A stretch of 63,579 nucleotides of DNA, the filler included, from Phoronis australis (Eukaryota; Animalia; Phoronida), in NCBI GenBank assembly GCA_002633005.1. It is 5 parts of 5 records of this genome, joined end to end, with 100 filler letters (N's around TTAATTAATTAA, not from the genome) between each part and the next. Parts side by side here need not be neighbours in the genome. Positions count along the whole stretch, not along the records: positions 18,271 to 36,705 come from NMRA01000196.1; 4 more parts are not named here. The stretch is one strand, 5' to 3'. The notes under the pieces were generated by a model that saw only the letters and a list, made by a program, of their open reading frames with translations, was not told the origin of the DNA and made no database searches. Below are positions 24,040-36,182 of this stretch, piece by piece. Position 1 is the first letter of the stretch, and every line of letters starts with the position of its first letter. The position numbers were made by a program, and so were the translations under genes.

Positions 24040-24528
24040 CGTTCTTTGATTTAGGTTGACATCAAGCTGCAAAGCCTTTTTTTACTGAAAGCAAAGTCAA
24101 TTCTAAGTTGCATGTTTTCCGGCCAGAGTGTAGAAATACATGTAAAACCGTCTGTTGTTGGACTGTAATACATGTATGTCGCGATATGTTGCAATTTGAT
24201 CCTCCGGCTAAAGAACATATACCTGTCATAGCGGAGATTTCATATTGGCGCTCTTTAAAATACATGTAGTGAGATCGAAAAAGCGACTTACGCTTCATTC
24301 CTATTGCTGCATACATGTATAGTGGTTTATTAATGTAAAAAGAGAGGAACAAATCTCACTCTTAGCACCTTCCTTTTTTCATTTGTGCTGAACAGGACAA
24401 TTACGTGGTAGTTAATTGGTGTTTGTGTGGTGACATCGGACAAAAGATTTAGCCTGGTGATTAATAAAAGAAAAATTATCATGCCGGACTGCTGAAAAAC
24501 CGCTATAGTTTGGAAGTCTCTTTCGTAC

Positions 24529-24943
24529 AGCCCATTCACACGTCGACCCGTCATTGTTTTTGGGAGTTGCGGGTCAGTATGAACGATCAACTTTGGTACT
24601 GGATCGAAGTCAACAGCGCCAGTTAAATTTGCAATAAACAGGGGGATTTAACAGCGGAGCGTGGACGCTGCCGAGCAGTATGAACAGTCAACATCGGTTT
24701 CATCGATGTTATCGCCAGAGGCAACTGCAATCATCCACAAATAAAGGGATATTATTTGCTAACATTTTGCTCACATAATCACCAATTGAATTAAACAATA
24801 TATATAGTCAAATAACACTTAAATGTTCTCAAATTGTCACATTAAAAATTTAGCGTTTACGTGATGCATCACCGCTACCTTGGGATTACTTAATTCGACG
24901 ACGACAGCGTCACCTACCGTTTCCTTCGATGCCGTTCACTACC
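24529..24943. mobile_element. Diverged second copy of the 17051-17538 MITE family, running into a gap
   Basis: Collinear blocks gtttttgggagtt, ctttggt.ctgga, ataatcaccaat, aaatgttc.caa.ttgtcaca, acgacagcgtcacctac. Confidence 0.65.
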
Positions 24944-25767
24944 AAAGCTGGTGNNNNNNNNNNNNNNNNNNNNNNNNNNNNNNNNNNNNNNNNNNNNNNN
25001 NNNNNNNNNNNNNNNNNNNNNNNNNNNNNNNNNNNNNNNNNNNNNNNNNNNNNNNNNNNNNNNNNNNNNNNNNNNNNNNNNNNNNNNNNNNNNNNNNNNN
25101 NNNNNNNNNNNNNNNNNNNNNNNNNNNNNNNNNNNNNNNNNNNNNNNNNNNNNNNNNNNNNNNNNNNNNNNNNNNNNNNNNNNNNNNNNNNNNNNNNNNN
25201 NNNNNNNNNNNNNNNNNNNNNNNNNNNNNNNNNNNNNNNNNNNNNNNNNNNNNNNNNNNNNNNNNNNNNNNNNNNNNNNNNNNNNNNNNNNNNNNTTCGG
25301 AACACGGCGCAATTGTAACGGAAGTATGGCTAAGTATAGGCTCTCCGCGATACCCCAGGCGACCGGCAGCTGCGCACTACGACTCCTTTTCCGTCGTCTG
25401 CGTCACTGTGCAATGAAGAAAATTGCTTCATTTTATAAAGAAAATGGAATCTGAGTGACGATGAAAAAACCGAAACTGCTGGTAAGATGTGAATCTTAAT
25501 CGAAGCCTTAGTGAATCACTCAGAAACTCATAATTCTCTCTTTGTCAAACCTTAACTTGAGACGTTTCCAAAGCCATCGCGTCTTTAACGCCAACACAAA
25601 AAACGGATTTGGTGGGCAATTGAACACTATTTTAAATACAACAAATTCGTTACGAACTGATTAAACGAAGCACAAAAAATCTAATAAGCATTACAAAAAG
25701 AAGTAGGTCTCGCGCGCAAACGCTGTGGACCATAAACAAGTAGGTCTCTTCGTATCAAATACGAGTG

Positions 25768-25860
25768 GAGTTGTGGTGGTGCAGTGTTAAAGCATGCGCG
25801 CTCTATCCGCAAGGTCGTGAGTTCAAGTCTGTGGTAATTGCAGTTTTCAAGCTTGACACG
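25768..25860 (+). mobile_element. tRNA-derived SINE head remnant
   Basis: A-box-like tggtgcagtgttaa (25777) and B-box-like gagttcaagtc (25819) at tRNA spacing; no complete cloverleaf. Confidence 0.45.
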
Positions 25861-26439
25861 CTCTCCCTGTTTTTTTACTTGGATAATACTTCAGGAATCA
25901 AGAAAAATACTTGATTTTTAGAGGAAAAAACAGAAAATTTTTCCTGGGAGGGAGGGGGGTTTGCCGACCTCCCCCATCCTGCAATCGTGCCTTGAGCAAA
26001 TGTTTACAGACAAAATGTTGCCTCCCCCTTGTGATATCCTAGATCCGCCACTCTTCTATACATCGACGCTAGTATTAGTATAAACGAGAGTTAGTCGTAA
26101 TGCCTAGTTGAACGTAGCTACGGGCCAACCACAACTTCGACAAAAGGCTATCTGTACTAGTAGATGAGGTGTATGTTTCAGTGTGTCTGAATGAATACTC
26201 AGGTTTCCAGTACAGAGGAAGTAATACGAAAGTTTAATTAGTAACCGAAATATCAATGTTTTAAAATCAAGCCTTCCATAAACAAAGCTGGTTTTCAGAC
26301 GTGGCTATCAGTATCACCAAACACACATCTTCCCGTTCAACATTGACTTACTTCAGTGTCGATTACTCTTGCATCTTATACACAAACCGTTTGACAGAGT
26401 TCGCTCAATCAAAAGAGATAAATGTTTAAGAACTAAAAG

Positions 26440-26790
26440 TCCTCCATACTAATAATAGAATGTCTTTAATAACCATGTTCAATTCATGCTTAAGCGGAAT
26501 TAGCCACGTCTTTAGAAAAAAATCTCCCCACTCTGAATATTTCTCCTCAAATGAAAAACCTATTTCCTAATCCACCTATAATTTCTTGGAGTCAACGTGA
26601 AAAAACTCTAATCGCGCTCAGTATGTTTAGATTGATAACACAACATCTAACACGTTTCCAATTTTGCGGGGTATCCCACAGGGGTCTATACTGGACACGT
26701 TATTATTCATCATTTGTATGAATGATTTTGTGAAGTGCACGAGTTTCATTGGCTGCATACTTTTTGCTGATGAAACTACTTTATTAATGG
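26440..26790 (+). mobile_element. CR1/L2-group LINE reverse transcriptase fragment
   Basis: Translates QYV*IDNTTSNTFPILRGIPQGSILDTLLFIICMNDF...ILFADETT. Confidence 0.75.
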
Positions 26791-27235
26791 CTTGCATAGC
26801 AAATACAACCGTGCAATAACCCATTTAGTTATCCCACTAGTGAGATGACATTTTTTGCGGGAAACCAAGGCCGGTTTCGGGCCCGGGCCGAAAAAGTTTC
26901 TTGTCGTCGACTTTACCACTATACCACACATGGAGCTTGAAAATAGAGCACGCGCATTATCCCATGTACAACAATAGATAGTTTCCCGGTCGAAGCTTAG
27001 CGTGATAAAATGTGTTTTAAGCTATAAAATTGGTAAACCTTAATTTCTGTTTTGTTTAAATTTTCAATTGGTTTTGAGTAAAAGCATTATTTGACAAAAA
27101 TAGCTTGGGTTTTGTTAAAAAGATCACGACCTCCGACACCGGGTCTCTGACATAAAAAGTAGTTACAAAGCCGAGGCGAGTCGAGAAAGGTAGATCGATT
27201 CATTGCAATGTTTCTCATTTAGTATGTGGTATAAA

Positions 27236-27398
27236 TAGATTATTTCATGTTCTCAGTCGTTATCCCCTGTATTCTAGAGCCCGAGTGGATTTTGTAGAAT
27301 TAACACCCTCGGGGCTAACGCCCCTCGGGCGATAATTCTCCAAAATCCACTCGGGCTCTAGAATACAGGGGATAACGACTTCGCCATATAATAATCTA
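27236..27398. repeat. Near-perfect long hairpin at the end of a non-coding element of about 600 bp (from about 26800), Crypton-like by inference
   Basis: Arm agtcgttatcccctgtattctagagcccgagtggattttg (27255-) has its exact reverse complement ending at 27380; outer tagattatt/aataatcta. Confidence 0.85.
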
Positions 27399-27494
27399 CA
27401 TGTCTCTTAATTAGTCACAAATTTTAGTATGTATGGTTTTGATGAATACTGAGAAAGGGTTGAGCATCAGGTTTTACATGACCCTGATGTAGTC

Positions 27495-28342
27495 GAGCCC
27501 TTGACCTACTATGAAGCTCTGTCAAGCCCTCAGTCTACACAGTGGTTTCATGCTGGCAATGAAGAATATCAAACTCTTATGCAAAATAAAACTTGAGAAT
27601 TGGTTCAATTACCACCTGGCCGAAAACCAGTGAGTTGGAAGGGTTTTTTTTAAGTAAAGACCAAACCTGACGAAGCAATCGATAGATATAAAGCTAAGTT
27701 AGTGACTAGTGATTTCACCCCGGCAGCAGCATGATGTAGGTTATGATGAGACGTATGCCTTAGATGCTCATAAAACGTCAGTTCGTGCCCTTCTGATCTA
27801 TGGTTTCAGTCGTAATACGAATGTGGTTATAGCTTTTCTACATGGTAAGGTAGCTGAGGATACCATAAGGTTTTGTCTCTCATGGTAAAGAGACTCTGGT
27901 GTGCAAACGCAATCGCTCGCTATACAGTGTATGGCCTAAAAAAGTCACCACGATATTGGAATTGAGTGTTAGATGGATATTTGAAATTGTTAGGTTTTAC
28001 TCAGTCTAATGCTGATCAGTACGTATATGTCCGCGACGTCAAAGATGCGAAAACGCTACTACATGTAGCTGTCTATGCTGATGACATTGTACTCCTGTGT
28101 GACACTGAACAGTTAATGGATGAAATCAAAACTGCCCTGAGTGCCAAGTTCCTGTTGAAGGACAATTTCATTTTTGTCTCGGAATCAATGTAGTTTTCAC
28201 TGATAATTGCATCAAGCTACATCAGTCGCACTATATTCAGCAAATCCTAAAAAGGTAAGATAGGATTGATTGCTTTCTTGTAAGCACCCCCATGGTTACA
28301 GATGTCAAACTGGTCACAAATGACGGAAGTAACTTCGTAGAT
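27495..28342 (+). mobile_element. Ty1/Copia LTR retrotransposon, decayed RT (5' piece)
   Basis: EPLTYYEAL..W..EEYQTLMQNKT*ELVQLPPGRKPV..DRYKAKLV; YGLKKSPRYW; GFTQSNAD; VYADD; with stops and frameshifts. Confidence 0.9.
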
Positions 28343-28473
28343 TATATAGGCGGCGGGATCGCGTTCCCGTCTTTCTTTTTGTTTTTTTAGTCGATACATT
28401 TCCGAACAGAAGGTTCATACTCCCGCCCCCCCCCAACTTCGGGACACCTGTACACATACAACAGCGCTTTGCC

Positions 28474-28654
28474 CAATTGACCTATCGCCAGGATTTTGAG
28501 CGACGGATTAACCAACCATTTAGAACGAATTATTATTGACACACCTTCTTTTCCAAGCTATCATTTTACCCGACAAACAACACGTTGCCGGGTAAAACTT
28601 GCTGTTTGTTAGTCGAAATTACGCAAAGGGGGCGGAGCTTGCGATTTGTCAATT
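28474..28654. mobile_element. MITE of about 180 bp related to the 34068-35754 ISL2EU-like element
   Basis: Shares the left end caattgacctatcgccaggatt..ttgacacacctt..tcattttacc.gacaaacaacacgttg and the right end gagcttgc.at...tcaatt. Confidence 0.65.
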
Positions 28655-28777
28655 CCCCGAGGCAATATGCTCCCCCTTATGGTATCCTAGGTCCGCCATT
28701 GTTATAGGCTGTCTACCAATCAATAGTGGGCAGTCTATTGTATCGGTCCACCGCTACGCGATCTGTTGTTTGTGTTG

Positions 28778-29778
28778 TTCTTCTTCTTCTTCTTTCAAAC
28801 ACAACAAACGATCGTGGTATCGATCCTTACTTGTTGGCGCATTGTTAGAATAAAACTTACATGTAGGTGCACCTAACTGTGAAAAGTAACGATAAAACGA
28901 AGTGCTGGTTAGTGCCAAAATAAAAAGGTCTTAATGATTACTGTGCAAGATTGATGTTCAAGATGTGACTTGTGAATATTTCTATTGCTTCTGATGAGAT
29001 GGCGAATTGTGGGAGTCTACTCCAGAGTGGAATGGTAGATGGAAAGAAAGAGTTTGCGTAGTATGCGGTGCGGGTGTATAATCTCTCAAAGGTATGAGAG
29101 TGGGAATTTCGTGATCTGGAGGTCTGTAGGAGTGGAAGGTATGAGTGAGGAATACCAACCAGGTTATTTACGGTCTTGTACAAAAGGGATAGTTTGTTCT
29201 GAGCTCGTCTTTCCAGGAGGGTGGGCCATTTGAGAGTTTTGAGCATGGATGAAACGGAGGAGTACCTTGAGTGGTCATTTAAAACAAACCTAGCTGCTCT
29301 ACGCTGTATTTTTTCTATTTTTTCAATGTTTGTACGAGTGGACGGGTGCCAGACGGAGGAGGAGTAATCTAGTTTTGGACTATCAAGTGACATGTAGGCA
29401 AGGGCTTTTGTTTTTTGAAGAGCATAATTGAGATTTCGTTTAATGAAGCCAAGAGTTTTGATTGCCTATATGAGTGTTCCATGGTAAATTATTGGTGACA
29501 GTGACCCCGAGGTATGGGGCTTCATTAATGCATTTGAGTGAAGCGTTGTGTAGGCTGTAATTGTATATTATGAGGGAACGTTTTCTGTGGATACGAAGAA
29601 CATTGCAGTTGAAGATATTTAAATTCATTTTCCAGGAGTTTTCCCAAGAGGCTAGGGAGTCTAAGTCTTGTTGAAGAATTTGGCAATCGTGGGGGGGAAC
29701 AATGGGTTTGTAGAGAACTGCATCATCAGCAAAAAGCCGGACATTAGAAAGAACGGTGTCAAGAAGGTCGTTTATGAA
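28778..29778 (-). mobile_element. CR1-group LINE, 3' piece (RT C-terminus, 3' UTR, (GAA)n tail)
   Basis: FINDL..VRLFADD; YLGVT; PKLDYSSSVWHP..IQRRAARFV; NSFFPSTIPLW; tail aagaagaagaagaa. Confidence 0.85.
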
Positions 29779-31295
29779 CTTACACTCAACCGCCATCTTC
29801 AGTTGGACTCCTACTGTCCTTAATGGTTTCGTCCTTAAACAAAGACCATCTCTAGTAGGCGGGACAACAAAGTTGATCAGGCTCTGTGTGACGGTTGTTG
29901 ATGGTGTTGCTGTTGGTATTTCATCCAAATCCAACAAGCCTGTTCAGCTTCAGTGGCTACGTCGCGTAGGAGAGCCTTCTTTCCCGACACGGAGACGCCA
30001 AGACACCTCGCCATGGTAATGACCGAACTGGCCGGAAAACCCCGGCAGCCGACCTCCACAGGAAAACTCCAACATCTCCAGCCGTTAACATGACAGTCAT
30101 TCCTAAGGTCTGCATACTTCAAGTTCTTTCGCTCGTGTGCCTCTTCCACCCTACTCTCCCACGGGATAGTGAGCTCAATCAAGATGACCTGGTGGGAACT
30201 GTCCGAGTAAATAACCAAGTCGGGGTGCTGGGTCGTCTGGACAATGTGTTGAGGGAAGAATGACTGGTGACCGGCAAGGTCTGCCCACACTCTCCAGTCG
30301 TTGGCTGTGTGCAGGATGCCTTTCTGCGCTGGGCTCTTCCTTTTACTCGCCTCATCACCACTTCTAATGAAATTGATGGATTCGATGCGGTGGCTTCTCG
30401 GCTCCGGTTTGCTCTTGACCTCGTCAACCAACACCCTTGCAAAAACTTTCATTACCTGGTTTTGTCGGTATGTGTATCTTTCTGATGCCGAAGACGCGCT
30501 GCAAGATGATAGGATGTGCTCTAACGTACATTTTTCGTCCACACTGAATACAGCTCAGGTTGTCAGCAAGGCCCCAAGTAGCAAAGTTGCTGGGAGTAGG
30601 CAGTACGTCGTAAACAGATCTAATGAGGAATTTGGCTTTCAGAGGAGACATCTTCCACAAATCAGTCCACTTGAATTCCCTTTGTAATACTTTGTCCCAC
30701 TTGGTCCATGCTCCCTGTTGGCCCATCTGGACTGCTCGGGCGTACCTTTCTTCGTTCTCTGATGATCTAACCTCCCTGATTATAGATCTTTCCCCTGCTG
30801 GCTTACCGGTCTTGTAGCCCAGCCCTTGCCTACCCTGGCAAGCTGTTCCTACTAACTGCCTGTGCCTCAGCCGACTCTCTGCTTCACTGATCTCCAAGGT
30901 GGTGGACCACTTTTTTCCGGTGTGACTGGATACTGCATCCCCTGAAGGCCTGGGTAGATGTATTCCGCAGAGTGATGCTGGCTCGGACTTTGGTAACTTT
31001 GTATTCTTCTAACACAGATGAGACTGGCAGGACAAGTTTTGACGACTTGCAGTATAGTCCGACGTTGCTGAATGACGCGAGTAGTCCAAGCCACCTCCGA
31101 ATGAATCGGCTTGCTACCATTTCCATTTCTTCAGCTGAGGATGACGTGACGTCGTAGACGAGCAGTGGCCACATAAGCTTCGGGAGCAAGATGAACTGAT
31201 AGCACCAAAGCTTGAACCTTCCGGGTATGCCATCTTTGTCGACCTTCTCAAGTCATACCTTGAACTGGGCTTTCACGTCTTTAACTCGCGATGTG
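29779..31295 (-). mobile_element. 5'-truncated R2-group (Hero-like) LINE with restriction-like endonuclease, nested in the CR1-group LINE
   Basis: PGRFKLWCYQFILLPKLMWPL; GRQGLG; QQGAWTKW; FLIRSVYDVLPTP; CCHC zinc knuckle (C..C..TLEHILSSC); PDLV..LIELTIPWE..AHERK..KY..PVEVGCRGF. Confidence 0.85.
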
Positions 31296-31565
31296 TATGA
31301 AGAGTGCAGGGCCAAGGACAGAGGTCTGGGGCACTCCTGATTGGCCTGTGGAGGAATTTGAGAACTCGACATCGACGACGACTCTCTGTGCTCTATGGGA
31401 TAGAAATGACTGGATCCAGTTGTGGGTGACACCCCCCATACCGTAGTATCTGATCTTCTCCAAGAGTCCAGGATGGGATACCTTATCAAAGGCTTTGGAG
31501 AAGTCCAGCACCACAGCGTCGGTTTGAGTGCATGCTTCCATAGTTTGGAATAGGTCTAAGCAGAT
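31296..31565 (-). mobile_element. CR1-group LINE, 5' piece of RT (5'-truncated)
   Basis: QTDAVVLDFSKAFDKVSH..YYG..WIQSFLSHRAQRVVV..SGVPQTSVLGPALFI, collinear with the piece resuming at 29778. Confidence 0.85.
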
Positions 31566-32321
31566 TACTTCTACACCGGTGCAGACACACCTCACCTCTG
31601 CTAAGCGAGCAATACCTTATCTGAAAGCTACTCCAGGTCACGATGTACTTTATTACAAGTCAGGGTCATTCTCATGGCTACTAGCTGGGCTAACGACGAA
31701 ACACGACACTCCACTTCAGGGCATGTGTTTATGTATGCAAATGGTCCAATCTCACGGCAAAGTGAGCGTCAGAGTGTCATTGCCATGTCTACTGCTGAAC
31801 CTGAGTACATGGCTGCCTATGAAGATGCTCGTGAGGCTGCAGTCCTGCGACAACTGTTTCATGATTTTACACAAAGAAACCTCTGTCTCGAGATCGCTTC
31901 TTATCACGTACTGCGTACAATGCTAGGTGTAGGTTGAACGTGGGAATGAGTTGGGACATAGTACTGTGCTTGTTACTTTGTTTGTATGTTAAGTTATACG
32001 CCTTGTATTTAAAACACTGCAACTAAGTGGGGGTGTTGTATAGTAGTTTCGTGTTTTCGAGTTGCATCCCCTGTATGCAGTTGTCCCCCCTCCTCGCATG
32101 CTACTGTCGTGCGTGCAGTAACTCTAGGACCTACGTGATCTCATTTAAAATACAGAGCAATATATCTCGCGAAGTCTTGTTTTTAGCGAGGTCCTAGCGT
32201 TACTGAACGGGAGGCTGGTTTATTAGCCAAAAAGATGCATTTGTTGTTCATGTCTGTCTGTTGTGTTCCTTGCCACGTTGCATTCAATAAAATCTCTGAA
32301 CTCGAGTTCTCGACTATATCA
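31566..32321 (+). mobile_element. Ty1/Copia 3' piece: RNase H remnant, polypurine tract and 3' LTR (about 32034-32321)
   Basis: HLTSAKRAIPYLKAT; SWAND..RHSTSGHVF..GPIS..RQSVIAMSTAEPEY; LRTMLGV*; PPT aagtggggg at 32025-32033, then TG...AATAAA...CA. Confidence 0.85.
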
Positions 32322-32377
32322 GAAATCGACATATACATATGAGGACTATATTAGAAATCGACATATACATATGAGGA
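32312..32377. repeat. 32-bp tandem duplication at the LTR edge
   Basis: gactatat.agaaatcgacatatacatatgagga occurs twice. Confidence 0.8.
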
Positions 32378-32984
32378 TTTTTCAGTTCAAAGTACTGTAC
32401 ATACAGTGTACAGAGTGTGGCGGTAACTATAAGCAAGGTACACTTACGTATGAGATAGTTTTTAAGAGTCAACGATTCGTTACTTCAGAAAAATTGACCT
32501 ATCGACAATACCTTCCATTTTCGAAGTGTCATGTTATGTTTGAACCCCACTGTTCATCACAGTTTCAATGAGGTTGTACACAGTTGCCATCTACGACAGT
32601 ACATGTATTGAAAATTTACAAGACTTGTTGTCATTGAGTAATGTGAAGTTACTGGATTTAAGAGATTTATTTTTCTCTAAATAAATATTAAATAAAAACC
32701 ATTTACGTTTCACTGCAAACATTGACATCTGACAAGAAAATTTTAATGTATAAACACACAATGTAGCATCGGAACCAACTATTTGAAAACGTCACGAACA
32801 ATTAAAAGACCTCCGAGGGAGAATGGGATAAAACACAATGAATAATTGACAATGGAGAGATTATATTTAAATTAAAAGGTTCTGGTGGTAGGAACTCGTC
32901 ATGAGAGAAGAGTCCAGAAAACGAAAAGGGATGCTCACTTTGTGAAAATCTTTGCCTATAAGCTGGACGAACAAGTCTGTTGCC

Positions 32985-33235
32985 TCTGGGCGTTTCTAAT
33001 CTGTGTTCTACCATTAACATAGTACACAACTCATAGAAGTCGTCTTCACAGGGACGCTCATATTTAACGGTACACTCTTGTTGGCAGGGTAAGCCTTTTT
33101 GTTCGTCAACAGCACAAAGACAATCTCTTGCCACGTACGTTTCAGGAAGTGTGTACATCAAAAATGGCCTCCCGTGATTCAAGTACATATTTCTGTATCG
33201 CCACGTGTTGTGTGTATTCCACAGCAGATACAATT
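32985..33235 (-). mobile_element. C-terminal fragment of an integrase-core (IS3EU-like) transposase
   Basis: WNTH..R....HGRPFLMYTLPE.Y..RD.L..V.....C..EC.....PCEDDFYELC..LM.E..L..P, a pattern I recognise from eukaryotic IS3-like integrase proteins. Confidence 0.6.
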
Positions 33236-34067
33236 TGTCAGTTTCCTTCTGGAAAATAACAACACCAACATAGTTTTGTAACTACACAACAATCTCACTT
33301 TCCCAACAAAAATTTATGTCTGGAATGGCAACGGTTCTACAGGCCCGAACATTGGCTGCTCACCCCAACGGTTACTTAGTAACGTAAATGTGAAGATAAG
33401 ATTTCAAGGGAAACTGTAAGACAGCCGTTATCACTCGTCTTGGAAAATAGTTACAAATAAATATATTTTGCAAAGGTTTTACGAATTGCAGCTTTAAAAA
33501 TGACACCAATCCTTTACTCTAGTCCTATACGGTTTTTGTTCAGTAATGCGAAACTAATCAACAATATGTCTAAAAGATGTAACATGTTCAGTGAGCGAGC
33601 AGATCTGTATTGTTACTGTAAGTTGAAGGTCTGTCGCAAGAAACGTCACCAAACAGTTTTAAATTAATTTTGTCGTCAAACTTAAGTAGATTCATACACT
33701 GAACAAAATCCCGAAAAACTCAAATGCGCATGTCCGTATATGTATAAGTACTTACTTGTATGATATCCATCAGACAGTTCTTTATCAAGATTGCCTCCAT
33801 TAAAGATACCAAGATCTTGGAATTCGTGAAAAAGTGAAATCCAAAACTCAATGTTTTTTTCTTATCCCCCACCACGATATGATTCAATACGTTAATTGGC
33901 GATGCTTTGGCCGTAAGAAAGTTGTTTTGTCGCACTTCTAATGCATAAATCTACATGTATACCGTGCATCTGACCTGAACCCGTGACTTGTTCTTAAATA
34001 AAATGAACAACTTCATCAAAATCATATTTTTATGGCACCGAAGTCCATGAGTCGCCAAAAACAAATC

Positions 34068-35754
34068 GCAATTGACCTATCGCCAGGATTATGACTGAAG
34101 GCTTAACTGAACAATCAAAACACAGGATTCTTGACACACCTTCGTCTGCGTTTACAAGCCGTCATTTTACCAGACAAACAACACGTTGTCGGTAAAGCTT
34201 ATTCTAGTCTATAGCTCAAGAAATTGTGCAACAAGAATAGTGAAACGGTGTTGATATGGCGTGTGTGTTTCCGACAGGCGTTACACAGCTCGAGAAGAAT
34301 ATCCCGTAACATTTTTGGCATTCCCTAAAAAGTGATGTCGGCTGTGTAAACGATGAATCAAACTGTGTGGACGGTCACACGAGCAGACAAGCTTGGCCGT
34401 TGTTGCTGGATTACTTGAAAGTTAAACACGTACTTTTCAGTTTGGTGGCTATAGGTCCTAGTATAGGCCTATCTGATTTTGACTCCGGAGTTTCACTCGT
34501 CTGGGCGCCTTTGTCTCGGCATTTGCTGGATCTCAGCACTAGTACAGTAGCTAGCGGTAGTCCCCGAAAATTGTTGTTTTAAAAGGACATTTTTATTATT
34601 TTTCATTTATTTCGACCTATAACGGGCATCATTCTGTTTCGTTGCAGAGGTATATTTTTGTTATTCATATACCCGTAGGCTGGCGTTCAACTGAACTTCT
34701 CAGCAAAATTTACAGATTCGATCGGCACATGCAGGGAGAGACACTACTATACTCAAAACCCCGTTCGAGCTGTTGTCACGAAAAAAACAGTTGAATTATT
34801 TTTTGTTTAGAACCTTTACAATAGTATACACTATGCCTACAGAGTTAAGGAGAGCTCATTTTGTAGTTGTATAAACATGATACTTGGATTTATGAAGCTT
34901 TAAAAACAATCTCAGTCATTTTAATAAATGGCCACTTTTTGCCATTTCACCAGACTTGTCATATTTAGTTATCATGTTACAGATTAGTGATCATGCTACG
35001 TTTAAAAATAAATGAAAGCTACCTTAATTTCATGAAACTACAAAAAATATGAAGTTCAACAGAAGGTTGGCCTAATTTAAATGTCTTTATGGTGCACTGA
35101 ATTACGGCCGATTCCATGCACTAATTTGACTTGGACACACACCTACACCTACCGGATCTAACTGTTTGCCTAGGATAAGATGAGTATGTGCCTGAGCTAT
35201 GAACCTGATTTTTTAATCAAAATATTTCGCTAGAAGATTAGAAAAGTATAAACATTGCTATCGGATAATCCCATCAGTTGTGACCTACTTTGCATTTGGC
35301 GGAATTTAGTATACGGCTGAAAAAAATATTGACGAATCTTCACTGATTTTGTTCGAGATATCCTGAAATCTATGGCACCGTACAGATAATTCGACTTTAA
35401 GGTACATACCCAGCTTTACATGAACATATCGCATCAGTGGCCTTGTCAGTTTTCAGGTGAAGGTGAACCCCGTGTTGGGTTCTCCGGATTTTCGCTGGCT
35501 CCGAAATACTTTTCCTCGAATACTTATTTTTTCGTCGTTGCCTTTACAAATTCTCAAATCATGAACGTACGATTCTCAACTGAAAAGGATTGCCTGTTGT
35601 CTTTGTCGAAGTGTTTTCGGAGATTACAAAAAACACTCATCGATTCCACCAGGAACGTCGTTAAGTGACAGCGCATTTACATCTGATATCATGTATGTTT
35701 GTCCGGTGTCACGTGACTTTTTGCAAGGGGTTGAGCTTGCAATAGATCAATTGC
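34068..35754. mobile_element. Non-autonomous ISL2EU-like DNA transposon with convergent gene stubs
   Basis: TIRs gcaattgacctatcgccag / cttgcaatagatcaattgc. Plus-strand THAP stub at about 34237-34390 (VKRC*YGVCVSDRRY..TFLAFPK..CKR*IKLCGRSHEQ). Minus-strand stub at about 35680-35460 (ESYVHD..IRGKVFRSQRKSGEP) resembling the SWIM/YqaJ partner protein. Confidence 0.65.
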
Positions 35755-36182
35755 TATGTGCTGAAGGACGCTCCAAAACGACGCATGAGTACCTTTATTA
35801 TTTCATTTTGAGTAAGTCCTAGCTTCCATAAATCGACAGTATGCTCGTTTCGGTCCTCCCTTTTAATTTGAAACCGAGGTAGCAACCTCGATATCGTAAC
35901 TCAAGCGATAGAGTTTCTACATGTACGTCTATCGATAGAGATATTAAAGTGTAAATTGCAAGGTCTCAACCAATCTGAACAACAATATGCTCTAAATTCA
36001 TGTTTATAATTATTATTGCNTATATGCTTAACATTAACTGAATTGTACGTCGCTATAAAAAGTTATTTACATATTTGTTGCCGTGGCGTTGTAACGCCAT
36101 TGTTGTAACGGAAAATAGAAACGGCGCCATTTTCCTTCGTTACACATCTGTGACGTGGTTTGGGGAACACAAAGAACACAAT

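Noticed and set aside
25768-25840. tRNA gene
   Set aside because: A and B boxes are degenerate and no acceptor stem forms; better explained as a SINE remnant.
28343-28777. Helentron-like non-autonomous element (stem-loop cgggatcgcgttcccg, palindrome near 28706-28738, adjacent ctt repeat)
   Set aside because: Suggestive, but boundaries cannot be defined and the microsatellite is equally explained as the LINE tail.
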